This document shows, piece after piece, positions 1-14,100 of a DNA stretch of 64,000 nt. The notes beneath the pieces were generated by a model that saw nothing but the letters and a program-made list of their open reading frames with translations, was not told where the DNA came from and did no database searches. The stretch is taken from positions 43,563,036-43,627,035 of the forward strand of contig JBHNWI010000380.1 in NCBI GenBank assembly GCA_048127485.1, given 5' to 3'. The translations under genes and the position numbers were made by a program. Source of the stretch: Solemya velum. Lineage: Eukaryota. Position 1 is the first letter of the stretch. The number at the start of each line of letters is the position of its first letter.

Positions 1-285
1 TGTGAAAAGAGGAAGTGGAGTGGAAGCCCTGAGATGAGTACACACTGCAACAAAAACCTCGAGAGGGAGGATGACAGACAAACAAAACACAGCGGTAGGA
101 GTGTGAAAAGGCAGGAAAGCAGGCATATAACTCTATTTGCTGATAAAGAAAATGGCAATCAAACTGAAAAACAAAACATTAAATTCAATGAAGAACGTAA
201 TTGGGGTCTCTCCAGATTTAAATTCTTAAAAGGATTCCCCAATTCTGAAACACGAGCACCTGTAAACCTACGCCTGGTACTTCAG

Positions 286-531
286 TGGTGATCATTTCTA
301 GCAGTGATGAAGACACAAATGATGATAGTGAATCAAAGAGGATTAAGTCTGTCATCTGCTCCAGTACCAGCAACTCCATGTCACCAAGCAGGGAAGATAA
401 CAAAGGCGTGATCATTTCTAGCAGTAATGAAGACACAAATGATGATAGTGAATCAAAGAAGATTAAGTCTGTCATCTGCTCCAGTAGCAGCAACTCCGTG
501 TCATCAAGCAGTGAAGATAACAAAGGCAGAG
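286..531 (+). CDS. Exon 1 (first in window) of a Ser/Asp/Glu-rich gene of unknown function; contains two tandem 39-aa repeats (VIISSSDEDTNDDSESKRIKSVICSS…EDNKG)
   Basis: Open frame from an AG acceptor at 284-285 to a GGTGAGT donor at 532. The phase (out=1) is compatible with the next exon. There are no stops in 82 codons. Confidence 0.4.
288..521 (+). repeat. Tandem duplication of a 117-bp coding unit (2 copies, ~90% identical)
   Basis: The 117-bp unit occurs at 288-404 and again at 405-521 with a few substitutions. The duplication is in-frame. Confidence 0.8.
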
Positions 532-1654
532 GTGAGTTTAGTAAAAGGATAGATGAAATTCCATCAGTATGACCATTTTTGTTTCACTTTTCCAATGGGA
601 ATAGCTGGATATCCACCACAAAAAGGGTCAAGGTTGCAGCTTCAAGGTTGAGGTCACATTGGTAACTTTTATTCCACATGTTCCACTTCATATCTATTAA
701 TCTATTGAAGAGATCTGAATCATAATTCCACTGTACATGTGTCAATAGACTCACAAAGGGTGATGAAGTATAAGGTCACAATGCAAGGAAGCCAGTTACA
801 CTACCATCTATGTAGCTCAAATTTAAAATTTGTGATCAAGGTGAATAATGTCTGACATGTATACCATTTATCTGCAGCTGATCTAAAATGGAAAATACGG
901 CTCGACCTTTTTATGCTATTGCCTCTATTTCAGCAAGCTCTTTGGCGACATTGAATTTATGTCATTATCTCTCCTTTATCAGAAGTAGATATGAGGTAAC
1001 GAATCTAAGCAACTTCCATACATAACACATCTCTGGGTTAAATTTATCCAAAGTGTATATGTTTCACAGATTAACTATATAAATGACATTTAATGTCAAA
1101 CTAGCAAAAATTATTATGGATAATGCATGGCAACAATAGACTCTTGTTATTGACATTTCAGTATTTATATTCCCCAATAAACTTGACTTGGTGCCTGCAT
1201 TGTCAGAAATCCAACCATTTGCTTTCATTGTAAAAACATCTTAGATAAACATCGAGGGTTTGTCAAATAAAATCAATTTACTATTTTATGTTAGTACTAT
1301 TAGTTTAATTTGCAGGAAATAATGTAAGCCGTGATCAATTTCAGTTAAGGTTACGCAACACCAAAAACAAAAAAGGGTCGCATTAACTTCTAATGATGTT
1401 GGAGTAGTATTCAGGATGTTTGGAAAGATACATATTCTCTTTGAATACCTAAGATGGAATAAGTTGATTTTTATCGTGATTGAAATAATTGCAATTGATA
1501 GATTCTGTATTGTTTGTGAATATGCATAACATTATATACTGTACTGTGGCATTTTTATGTCTACACACAGTTATTTTTTTTTTCAAATAGCATCATTAAA
1601 AATTCTGTGCGCTTAGATGTGTGGTTTAATGTAGTTTAATTGGTGCCAATTCAG

Positions 1655-1709
1655 GCTCTTCTGAGGAGGAAGAAGATAATTGTTTGCTGGAAATGACTTA
1701 TGAGGAAAG
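1655..1709 (+). CDS. Exon 2 of the same unknown gene (GSSEEEEDNCLLEMTYEE)
   Basis: It is preceded by a polypyrimidine tract and an AG at 1653-1654 and followed by an AAAG|GTGAGT donor. Entering in phase 1 and leaving in phase 2 keeps the frame open. Confidence 0.35.
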
Positions 1710-2631
1710 GTGAGTAACCATCATTTATAATCATCAATTCAAACAATGACATAAGATGTCCAATGATGTTATTTTTAGATAGATATCATAATTGTTCTAT
1801 TTGATGTGATATAACTTGAATTGGATTCATTCTTTCAGTTTAATTACTGATTTATTCGTTGATCCAGATATTCATCCAACGAGAAACTGAAAAGACACTT
1901 CATGCACTCAGCCTGTGTGTGATATGAAAAATTATTCATTCATATAAAATTGTGTGCATTACATTTCGACTCTCTTGTCATTAATTTTCTAGTATCAATA
2001 TTAAAAGGCACTGTAAAGGTAGGAGTACACCTGACTAAGTATTCTAATATGGCGAGGGGCTAAAGCAAATGTTCTGGAAATTGCCATAGACATCAGGTAG
2101 TCAGTAGAATGTTTGGAGGATGGAGGGAACCTCTTGCTTTCCTATGTATTCCAACAGCATAAAAATACATCTAGGCCCTGAAGCTAAGGAGGGCACAGGG
2201 TATGTAATATGGACATATATAATATATGATGGTAGTGAGGTTCATGCCCCCACACAGCCATCACTGGAATCTTATTGATTATTATTAGAAGTACTGGCCA
2301 AGACAGTGCAATAAGAATGAGCGATATTTTATATGTTCAGAGAAGTTGACACTGAGAATCACAGGCCACAAGATTTAAAAAAATGGCAGAAATCATTTTT
2401 TGTTTCCGCAAATTCATGATGAAAGAAACCAACAGAAATCATTTTTCAATTCCAAGATAAAATACTATGGTAACCAAGGAGTGACAGAAACTATTTGTTG
2501 TTTTTATATTTTCAATTCGAGGGAAATTACATAGGAAACGAAACAGTCAGTGTAACCCTATGGCTTGGAATTATTATGTTTCAGCATGATTTCAGTCTCC
2601 ACTAATATACGGTAGTCTTTTTCCTTTCTAG

Positions 2632-2725
2632 TAGTATGGAGGACAATATTTGGAGGAAAATTGTAATTGGCCCTGGAAAGCTGAACACAGACAACTTGGA
2701 TACTATATTCCCAAAACCAAAGCTT
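2632..2725 (+). CDS. Exon 3 of the same unknown gene (SSMEDNIWRKIVIGPGKLNTDNLDTIFPKPKL)
   Basis: A TTTCCTTTCTAG acceptor and a GTAAGT donor at 2726. The phase (2 in, 0 out) is compatible with the flanking exons. Confidence 0.35.
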
Positions 2726-5700
2726 GTAAGTTTGTTAACATTTAGTTAGACACTCTGTGAAGCTCTTGTTAAATTGAACATGGTTAAAACCACATTTTAA
2801 TGTACTACTACAACATATATTTTGAGTTAGTTTCTGGAAATACTCGAGATAACCAAGTTTCACATGTGCATGAAAAAATATTATAATAATTATAATTTAT
2901 ATAGATTCCATCATGGACTGTGAAGCCTAGGCTTGTACAATGCTAACTAAAATTAGCAGGATGATTCTGCCTCTCTTTACGCAAATAACACATACTTGGA
3001 AGAATTCTTCTTTGATTCAACCTTTTGTTGCATCACATTTCTTGTCGGTTGGGTTATGAACAAGTTGGTCCGTTGATTTGTCAGACAGCCATTTATTGAG
3101 TTTTACATATTCCAAATTTTGATTGGTTTATTCACGTCATTCTTATTCAATGACGAAAGCTCAACTGGACTTGAACCTTAACTGGCTTTATCTGCATCTT
3201 GTGAGCAAAGCGTACATAGCAGTATTGAATATTTGCTTTTAATCAGATTGGCAGGGGCCTTTGTGGCCAAGGGGATAATGCTGATTTTGATGAATATAAG
3301 CTTGGATTTACGACAAAACTGTCATGCGTTTCGGAGGAGGAACAACAGAGAGCTGCATAGTCGGGCAAATGTAGTATCCCAGTCAATCCTGAAAGACATG
3401 ACATAAGGTGGAAGGAACAAAAGTCTAGAACTGTTCCACTACCCCCTATACAGGACCATAAGAAGCTGTGTACAAAGTGAATACACTACACCATGTGAAC
3501 GATAGTAGCTACAATAGCTAATATATATACTATATACTAGAAGATAAAAGTATACCGTCCAATATATGGATACAACGGTAGAGTGTATCTGCATAACAAG
3601 AAAACGCACAACCGAGCAGAATGTGTGAGATGGGGAGTAACAGGGATGCTGGACACAGTATAACAGCAGCATGTATGCCTTGTACCACAGGATTGCAACC
3701 CAGTCACATACTGAGCCCCGGGTTAAACAGACCCTGAGCAAACCTCATAGTGGATGTTCGACAGGAAACAGCAAATGCTAGAAATGAGAACAACCATGCA
3801 AGATGGGACCCCTCAGTCGCCGAGTAGGAGTAGGCTACACTAGGTCACGGTGTAGAAGCAAGTGGAGTACCAAAAATGGGAAGATGCCACTTGACATACA
3901 CAAAGTCAAAGAGGGCGAATGATGGAGCGAGGAGAGTCCAAAAGAAACCATCCACCTGGAAGCCCAAACTCAGAGGTTGAGAATAGGCCAGGTAGGCCAC
4001 CCATGGAATTCCAGCAGAGTGTAAAGTAAAAAAAAGCTAGACCACAGACAACCACAATGTGTGTGTGTTTGAATTATTATTGTATCGTCGACCTATAAGA
4101 TCATTAGGGAAATATTTACAGATTTCCACACTGGAAATCCAATGGTAACACAAAAACAAGAGTGAAACTAGACACAAAGGTACTCCCCAAAAACAGGAAC
4201 AGAGAGCCAACTAAAAGAAAAGTGATTGAGAAATGACTGCCAACAGGGCAGTGAATACTGTTGAACATGGGTATAATACCCAACTTTGTTTCGATCAAGC
4301 CATTTGGCAAGTGTGTAAAGCAAAAGACTATATACCCTAGTGACTAACAGCGCAATGGTTTTAGAAGTCTAGGTGTATTAGAGATATTCGGAAGTGGTCC
4401 GAGAGTGTCCCAGTAAGGGAAATGGGCAGAAGCGACACTAGAGAAAGAGCAAGTTATGAAGTCCCAGAGATTGAATGTGTTTCAATTACAGAATGCAGCA
4501 CCATGAATATTGTGAACACTAGAGAGCATGGAGGTAGAAGACGGGTCAATTAAACACACTTTTCGAAGGCTAAAAATACAGGACTGACTAAATCACACAA
4601 ACAAACTGAATGAACTGAACGACAAACGAACATTTATCACAGACCGGTGGGAACACATAACTTCAGAGTGGGAGAGTAGTGAGTTAGCGAGGGATGAACC
4701 CACCCTGGTGAGAGTGGGATCAATGGTCACTGAATTAAAACAGCATCGAAATGCAGTGAATACCAGTGTGAGGGAGTAAACAGCATGATCAGTGTTGAAG
4801 GAACTCGTATATAATCCCACAAAGGAAAGATTGCAGAGTAGAACCTATTAGTACCGAGATGTTCATGGTATAAAGCCAACAAGTCATCAGAAGACCTGGT
4901 CATCCGATCCTTCTCTGAGGAAAGTGACAGTATTATATAACGACCGGAAAAATAAAGCAACCAGTCAGAGTTGAGTTGTCCTCCAGAAGATGTGCCAGAG
5001 AAGCGAGTGGTCAAGTATACAAGACCATCCAATCGTTAAAGCAAACAACTAAACCTCGGGGAGTGCTTGTCAAGCAAGAAACGACAAGATCTACCACTAC
5101 ACTGTCAAAACTCCTTCTTACAATGGTGCAATATCTTTTCAGAAAGGTGGTGGGCTTCTAGCATTGTTATCATGAAAGACAGAGGGACATGCCAGTCAGA
5201 CAACATCAGCATGGGGAACCCCACCCGCAGACAGAGTCAACAGAAGGTGTCGGACTGCCTGATGATGTGAACATAGGCGATGACAGTCCACTGGGTTCGT
5301 GTGACTTGGAGAACAAGAAACAGGAACTATGGAACTGAACTCTGTGGTAATGATAATTGTCAAGAACTGGTAACACGTAAACGAAGATGAAGTAAAATTA
5401 ACCTCTTACCTGCTCGTCACAAGAACCCTGTTTCTGGACTGCGTCAAATGTCAACAGATGTAGTGCCAATCCGGACTGTCTACAGAGGCTTATTCCAATC
5501 TGGATAGTCAAAAAAAACAAAACTTTTGAAATACAGAAGACAGACGAAATCCTATAGAAAACTGCAGCTGATCGTGATGCAATGAAGAGAAGCATCAAAC
5601 ACAGAAACGTTAGTCGGAAAAATAGCCTGTGCATTAAAAAAACACACAGCTGTATATCTTACTATATGTCTATATGGCTTGAAATAAAAAAACACAAAGT

Positions 5701-7546
5701 GGTTCGGTAAATTAGCCGCAGCACATGCATAGAAACACAGAATGGTATATCATTATATGTCTCCATGGTGTGGAATTTGAAGCCTCTATGGTGAGAATTA
5801 TGAAAACACAATTGTAAAATGACTCCATGTCATGTTGAAATACATAAAGTGGTGAATTGTAATAAAAAAATAGATAGACTGTTGTAGAGTGGAACACATT
5901 GAAGCGCCTGTGTCAATGACATATAGAACACAGGAGCAAAATTTTGACGTGACTTTGACGTTCACTAAGCGCCAAAATAGAGTGCTGTTTCTGGATACAA
6001 GATGGCTGCAATGGAGATAACACATGTGCCGGGTTTGGGTAAGGTCAGGACTTGAGCAAGTTTGGATAAGGAAACAGTGGCATAAAAGTCGATTGTTATT
6101 TACATTTTCTGAGGCTGTTACGCGCTAATATCCTAAAATTCATGGTGGTAGAGTATATTGCAATTAAAAAAATACCATAGTACAGGAAGATTCAATAACA
6201 TGTCTGATCAGAAATAGTTATGATGAATGGCAGGTGGAAAGTCAGAAATTGGCAGAGTTTTGTCATTTATTACAATAAATAACAGAAACCACCATAAAAT
6301 ATAGACTTAGCATCATGTTTAGTGAATGAATGGGGTTTAAAAACCTGCATAGTAATCTTTCAGCAATATGGGGCAGTGTGTATGCAGGTGTTTTCTGTAC
6401 TGTGTTCCAGTACTTGTCTGCTACAACAGTATTGTCTTAACAACCAGTTTAACTATTGAAGAAAGATATGATTTTTATATGGATGAAAAACTTCTTTTAT
6501 TCAACAATTGATAATGGTTGGTTGGTTCGATTTGAGTTTATTTTCTTATGTTGTTTTGCAAAAATTTTAAAAGAAAAAATTTATTTTCCAATTTCCTTAT
6601 TTGTTTATGTGTAAATATTGATTTAAAATCAAGCCGGATGAAGAAATTGGTGACAAAATAAATTTAGAATTATGAAAATGATGAATTTTGAGGGATGAGT
6701 GATGTTTTGGCTTGATGTGATTAGATTAGGGAAAGTTGCGTAATATGATGGGGGGGGATTGTGCAGTTAGCCTAGGCTATAGCTCAAATGGGCATGAATT
6801 GTCCTGAGAGCAGCAGTGTTACAGATAAACTAAGTGTGTTTATCTATTTTGATTTTGTGTATGAATATAGAGATGCTTTGTTGCCCAGCATGGACTTGAC
6901 TGAAGACACATTGTTCATGTGTAAACAATGGTCACAACAGATCAGCCTAGCATGTTTACGATTTTGTAGAAAGTTGAAACGACGTCGATTGCCTATTTCA
7001 GTTTGAGCAATTTGCAACTCGGTTGTTGTTTTATGGAACTCTTTAATTAGCAGGGGTGTTATGGGAGTGCATGAGGCCTAATTGTATGCAATAAAATTAC
7101 GATTTGTAAGGAACTGAAATTAGGTTCATAACTGGTACATGATGCCTATAAACAATGAACAATTGAAAGTTACTATAAATACATTAGAGCAAGTGACAAT
7201 AGTTACTCAACCAGCTAATTACTCTAGTTCTCGATAGGTGTTATGTAAACATTGTTATAGCTGTGATTAGAAAATCATTCAAACTTCTTATTTTGGCTCC
7301 CTTATATTTTTTTATTGTGAACGAAAGCGAATTGTGTTTCTCTGGTTTCCAAGTAAGTCAACATAGTCATTTGGAGGAATCTTCTGTCTTTCATGTCAAA
7401 GTGAAAATCATTGATGCCAGATTTGAAAGACGATCGTATTGTAATTTAAACCTTGTTTAGAATAGAGATCATTACATTGGACTGTCTTACTTAACTAGAC
7501 TCGTGCTCCTATTAATTTATTATATCTCAATATTTGTCTCTTACAG

Positions 7547-7643
7547 GGTTGTTTCTGGGAGTTGAGTCACCAGATTTACTGTGCTTTAAACCTGAATTCA
7601 AACACCGATGAAATTCTAGAGGAGAATGGACTCAGAGACAATG
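7547..7643 (+). CDS. Exon 4 of the same unknown gene (GCFWELSHQIYCALNLNSNTDEILEENGLRDN)
   Basis: A CTCTTACAG acceptor and an ATG|GTATGT donor. The phase is 0 in, 1 out. Confidence 0.35.
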
Positions 7644-9152
7644 GTATGTATACTGTCAAGTTTCCCAAGATCATTATAGCAGAAATTTTAAACTTTGTGC
7701 CCTCAAACACCGATGCCTGGATTTGTAAACTGGTGATCTACCTGTCTCCATACTCAGATGCCCATTGATTATTATCTACATAATGGTAGAAAGTTACTAG
7801 AAACTGTTACCAGTTTTAAAAATTGGATTACATGTACATGTATAGATGCTTTCCCTGGTGGATCTAATGTGATAAATGTTGCTAGTTGCCATTGATTTAA
7901 TACAACATCTGAAATGGTCACATCTGTTGCTCTTCGAAAGCTCATATCTCCGTTAGTGTGCCACCACAGTTTCAAGGTTATCCTGCAGAACAAAGGAGTG
8001 GTCTCTGTGGGCCTCCTTTACAACATGAAGAATTTGGACACCTTGCTTCATCATAACTCTGAAACATTGGCAAAATTGCTCATCTTGAGCTGTAATTCTC
8101 CAACAAGGTTATTATATATGGCTGGCTGTTTGCAATACAAAAAGTATCATTTTCTGCTCTTGAAACATAATGAGGTTCAATATTAGCACTACATAGCTGC
8201 TTCAAGAACAGAGCAGCAAATGGCAGTAAAAACACATTTGGACCCAGCCTGGAAATAATAATGTGTTTTGTTAGACTGATCAGACCAAGAGGGATACTCA
8301 GTTCATTCAATAATTGTGAGTGCAGGCAACACCAACGCACCACCATACACTGAGGGCAGAAAACTTGGAACCATATTTATGGAATTATTCATTGCATACT
8401 GCATTTTATCACACCATAAACCATAGTTGATGCATTTATGATATCTAAGCTTACAAGTTTGATTTTATGTGAACATCAAGGGGCAGGCTATTGAGCGAAT
8501 GATACCTTTAGGGCTAACTGTCCACCAGCAGTGGCATTGACCCAGTAGAGGTGAAATACATGAATATGAAACAAAAAAATCAAAAGTTAGTGTATCAGGT
8601 GCACATTTCTGCAAATTAAACTTTTTTGTGGTGCTGAACCCCAAAACAGTGGGGAAAATTGAATTATAGTACATGTAACATAATTGAGAGCTACAGAAAA
8701 GCAGGACTAACCTAAATAAATAGATGGGTCATCTTTAAGCTACAGCGGGATTCTGAGCAAGCTTGGGCACATTCACCTAAGCATAATAGTGATAGTGTTG
8801 CATCATTTTCTAGTACATTTAGATTAAATATTCTATTGACTGATCTTAAGCAAATTGAAACTAACTATTCGTCATACTGTGTTCAGTGAAACAAACATTT
8901 CATGATTTAAAATCTCATATCAAGACCGACCATGTTTATTCTATCAGAAACACTATGAAACAACTCTTTTAGTTCTCCATTTTATAGAGCATAGTTGATA
9001 GGATTCTAGTTGATAAGTTCATTCTGCACTATTTTTAAGAATTAGCCTTAATACACATAAAAACTATCTTGGAGCTTCCAGACTATAAGTGTACAATTGT
9101 TTAAACATGGACCATAATTCAATTTTAATTAATATTTTTTTTCCCATTTCAG

Positions 9153-9502
9153 ATATTACAACAAAAACAAATTTGAAAAATGCCATAACAACTTTGCTAG
9201 TTGTTTTGTCGATCCTCCGGTGTTTGTACAGGAGAAGGTTTGGATTGTCATATACTGTGGATATGTTCCAACATGACGTGAAATTAGCACCACCCAAGCT
9301 GGCAGACACACCTGGGGGTCAGACTGTCATATTTTTTATTGGACACATTACTCTGCATGTTCCTCGCATATTCTATGGTCCAATGAGGTGGCTACAGGGC
9401 AATGTCAGCAGTGTATTCAAAGATCAGTTCAAACTTCCATTTGGCATTAATAGCGTTGATGTTGTATGTAAAATGTTGGAGGCCTTCAGTGAATATGATT
9501 GA
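9153..9502 (+). CDS. Terminal exon of the unknown gene (…FGLSYTVDMFQHDVKLAPPKLADTPGGQTVIFFIGHITLHVPRIFYGPMRWLQGN…EAFSEYD*)
   Basis: A TTTTTTTTCCCATTTCAG acceptor, a 116-codon open frame entering in phase 1, a TGA stop at 9500-9502, and AATAAA 15 bp downstream. Confidence 0.45.
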
Positions 9503-9516
9503 CTGGAGAATTACTA

Positions 9517-9522
9517 AATAAA
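9517..9522 (+). terminator. AATAAA polyadenylation signal for the upstream gene
   Basis: A canonical hexamer 15 nt after the stop codon, in an AT-rich 3' context. Confidence 0.35.
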
Positions 9523-11040
9523 ACCATGATAAAATACTTGTTTGGGACAATGTTTGTAGTATTGATGTACAGATTATGTACATGTATACATCATTGAAAA
9601 GTTGCAAACAATATACATGATACACGACTTCACAAGAAACTGTATTTGATTGACAAAGTTTAACCAATTTAAAAAAACTTTCAGTGATCTTTACAAAGTA
9701 TGTTGATAACTTCATTTGAACTTCAAGCAATGTATTGAGATTTTCAAATTCATGGTTGATATCTTCTGAAAATGCATAATTTTATGTTTTTCAATTATTT
9801 CTTTTTTAAATCTAATGGATACATACTGAGGTTTATTCAGCTCCTCATAGATATTTATTCTGACTATGATGCAGTTGGCTCAATGCCTTTTTTCAGAAAT
9901 AGTTAACTAATCAAACTATTACCCCACAAGAAAGCACTAAGGAACAGAACTTTGATTTCCATACACATTAGGCTCAGTTCTCAGTTTCGTGGTTACTCTG
10001 GAGTCAGAAGGAAGTACGTAGTTAGTGTATTTACAAATTGATTTCAAATGCAATTTTCTGCAAATGCTATTATATATCTCGGAATGTCTTTTTGACAATT
10101 CAGAAGAAAAAGAGCTGCATTGATGTTTATTTACTAGTTTTTTATAGCATAGACAGAGCAAGTTTCATCAAGCCTTGTGATTGGCTAATATTTCTTTCAA
10201 CAACTCCTCTGTATTTTTAGGTTATCTAGGAAAATCCTTAGATTTTGTCTTGGTTATTTCAGTGTAGTGGATCGAATGGCTAGGATTGATGATTGTACAT
10301 GTACTAAGTGTATTCAATAAATTTCATTATTACATATTCATTTAATCCTTCTATGTCAATAAAACAGGTTTCCCAGCCAAGCTATAAAACATTCTGTATT
10401 GCATACATCCGGGGCTTCCCGGAACTACTTTTGACTTGGTGGGGATTCCCTTGTTTCACACATGGCTGAATGTAAGGAATATATAAGACAAAGAAAATGT
10501 TAGGTTGTGTATTACCACAGCATTTTTAAAAAACATCGTGTGGAATTTTTGGGAATTTGTGATAACAGAACCTAACATTGTGTTGGTTTCATTGAATTTT
10601 TATTGCACTCGTGCCATATGTGTGGTCTAGTGGGATATGTATTTGTGCACGTATGCACTCATGCAATAAAAATTCAACGATACCAGCACATGTGTAGTTC
10701 CTTGTTTGTATTGAGTTCTATTTAATTGTTTCTAATGCATTAACTCTCTAATATGTGTTCAATTCAATAAAATCTATAGAGTAAAATTCCACAAAATTCC
10801 ATATTTTCTACATAAAACTCCTAAAGTCAGCACCAGAGACCCCCATCTATTATAAATTTGTGGAATCACCCTTGATTTGTATCATCCTAATATTATTGGG
10901 GGAAAAAACAAATGAAATCATTCATGTCATTCTCTAGGACTCTGTACATTGCATTCCAATTTTTAAGTGTTATATACAGCTATAAGTATATGTTCATTAT
11001 ATATCAATATATACTTGATAAATATACAGAAATATATAGT

Positions 11041-11096
11041 AATGCTAAACGTTTTTGGCATTATATATATATATATATATATATATACCATATTAT
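11041..11096. repeat. (TA)n microsatellite (further copies at 11431-11460)
   Basis: Direct reading of the sequence. Confidence 0.9.
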
Positions 11097-11425
11097 TATA
11101 GTATATATTATATACTTTAGGATAGCCCAGATCTGTTATCAGTATTGTATTTATACTATTAAACAATGCACTATTTTTAGAATCTTAGTAATGATCACAA
11201 TTTGTTTTAATATTACAATCACTAATCTACAGCAACTACTATGTATTTCTTTTCTGTCTATGACATTTTTCATGTTTTGTGTTATACATTCCATTTTTTA
11301 GAACTATATTATATGATATTCTATATAATTTTATCATATATATATTATTGTAAACAAGAAGGGATACTTTAAGTGCATTCTATGAAATTTAAAAACTGTT
11401 TGTTACTATATACATAATATACCGG

Positions 11426-11458
<33 letters not shown>

Positions 11459-13379
11459 TTTATCTATTTTTATTACCAATCATGTTGAACCTTCAGTCAT
11501 GATTGTATGTTTAAGCTTTTGGGAAAATTTGCCCAGAGGCAACTCAATTGAAAAATGTTACTTGCCCCCAATTGGTGTGCACTTTTCTAATCATGCCTAA
11601 CTTTTGTGTGCAAATATCGGTGAAGGACTTTGAATAGTATCTTGATAGTTTGTCCCAAGGAAGAAAAGTGTTACTAACCATAACAATTTAGTTTCCTCTG
11701 ATTCTGGATGATTCATGCTAAGCTAACTTTGCAATTTTCCATACAGAGTTGTCGACCTTGCAGGCTTTCGATCTCTGTAAACATCTCGATTTCACAAGAT
11801 TCTTGTAAAATAAAAATATACTTCAGATTTTTCTTCTAAGACGCTATTCGTCTTTTTTGTCCTATATCTTCAGTTTTGACGTGAAATATGCTTTTTTTTA
11901 GGCGAAATACAATTTTAAAATGCTATATTTATAAGGACTATATTATTGTCGAACGTTCTCCTAATTTGAGTATTTTTCAAATACAGCGTTTTTAAATTGT
12001 ATATTAAATGTCTTCAGTCCTGTTTGGCTTCCAATGCTTAAAGGAAATGGGCCAGTGGCAGAAAGTTGTATAATTTCAAAATAGCTTGTAACATCTGTAA
12101 TAAATTGAAGACTCTTACCATTAAACTATGCGATAGTACATCACATCACTCTCCCGACATTGGTCACATCGATGAGATGATGTTTCATTTTGCATTGATG
12201 TTAATGAGAGGACAAAACTGGTGTTCACATTCCCATCCACATATGTTTGCTCCTGAGTTTCCACAAAATGGGATGTGTCTCTTCACTATGCTCTCAATGA
12301 CTGTAATTATCTTAAATCATTATTGAATTCATAAAAATATTCAGAGACATAAAAGCATTCATGAAACAATGTTCAGTACTTTGTTGTGCTCAATTTGGAG
12401 AGAAGTGATCCTTCAACCATTTTGAGTAAGATATAATATCGATATTACCATCCCAGCTGAATAGTATTGAGTTGGCAGCGATGAAAATAATGATGATGAT
12501 AAGCTGGTTTGTTTTTAGGAGCATCTAATGCACAAATGAAGCTAGGGAAACCACCTTTCATTGACAGGGCACTAACACCCTTCCCATTGAAATTTGACGA
12601 AACAGAAGCTTGCAAGTCTTCAGGCGACAGGGAGACAACCAGATGTCAGATGTCTAACCAAGGCCCCAGTGATGAAGTGAGGTGATGACTGCCATTGTAC
12701 ATTGAAAGAAAAAATCCATGACTATCATATATAGATGTTTCTCAAAATCGAATGACAATGCATTTCTACGCGACACTATTCTACAATATTCAAATTTGAT
12801 CAATATATTGTTTACAATTAATCCAGAAAAAGCAATATCATTATAAAAACAACTATGAACATTGTATTAAATATGGATGCACCCATCAAAAAAAATTAAT
12901 CGATTCAAACAACCACAATGTCCCAACGATGATGTAAAAACTGTGAGAAAATTTAGAAACTATCACCATAGGGCTGGAAATTAGAATGCTTTTTGAAAAA
13001 TAGTGAAATAAAACTAATGGTTTGATACCCCAACCTAAAAAAAGATCTTTTTCAAAAGGTGATAGACGAAAATAAAATGTTAGCTTCTTATGGAGTCATT
13101 TGAGGTCCTTATCAAATAAATCAACAAACGCACGTATTCCCATTCAACTCATCAGGGGATACTGTATTTACATCTCAAACAGATAAACATTTAGTTGAAA
13201 ATCTCAATACATATTTTGACAATATATCCAGCCAGGGTTGTACAAAAACAATTGAACAATTAACAAGAGTAGCATGTTTTACTGAAAAATAATTTAAATT
13301 AAAAAAAAGGAGTTAATTTTAAACATTAGATGATGTTTCAAAACATATTGCTAATCTAGACTCCACTAAAGCCATGGAA

Positions 13380-14100
13380 TTGATGTCAATGGTCCAAAAA
13401 CTATAAAGAAATGTAATGATTTGATAGCCCCTCATATTAAACCTATTATAAATTTGAGTATTGAAATTGTAACTTCCCCTAAATAGCTGAAAATAGCAAG
13501 AGTCACCCCACTTTATAAAGGTGGCGATAGAGAGGGTTCTGGAAATTACAGGCTAATTCCTATTTTACCAACTCAAGTGAAATCTTTGAAAAACACGTTT
13601 CAGCTCATCTTTAGACTTTACAGATATTTATCAAAGCATCACTCACTACATGTGTATCAATCGGGCTTTATAGACGAACATCCATGTCAAACTGTCCTTA
13701 TAACATTAATTTACCAATGGATACACAACATGGAAAGCCTTTGACCTTGTAGACCACCAGGTTCTACTATATAAATTAGGATTGTTAAATCTTACAAATC
13801 ACTCTGTTCAATGGTTTAAATCTTCCATTGAACTTCACCAACAATTTGTGAAAAGGAAACTTGTCATCATAACTACAACATATTATCACAGAAGTTCCTG
13901 ATGATTCAATTCACGACCCACTCTTATTTATAATTTATATCAATCATCTTCCTTTATATACTACTCAGTAATATAGATATGTTTGCCGATGAAACAACAA
14001 TACATGAGTCTGGCTCTAATCTGACTGAAATCGAATTGAAGCTACAAGAAGATCTAATATTTATAATAATAAGGGGAAAAAAACTTTGCATGCTACTTAG
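13380..14100 (+). mobile_element. Degraded LINE reverse-transcriptase fragment (CR1/Jockey-like), intronic or intergenic
   Basis: Conceptual translation with stops gives …KIARVTPLYKGGDREGSGNYRLIPILP…QSGFIDEHPCQT…KAFDLVDHQVLLYKLG…MFADETTIHESG, which are the RT motifs 0-C. Confidence 0.55.

Noticed and set aside
3439-5032. Cluster of minus-strand ORFs (100-101 aa) in an A/G-rich region
   Set aside because: Low-complexity purine-rich sequence with no recognisable domain or splice context and overlapping frames. Most likely a degenerate repeat, not coding.
10912-11301. 129-aa + ORF and overlapping - ORF
   Set aside because: It runs through (TA)n and AT-rich low-complexity sequence. The predicted proteins are Ile/Tyr/Phe runs.
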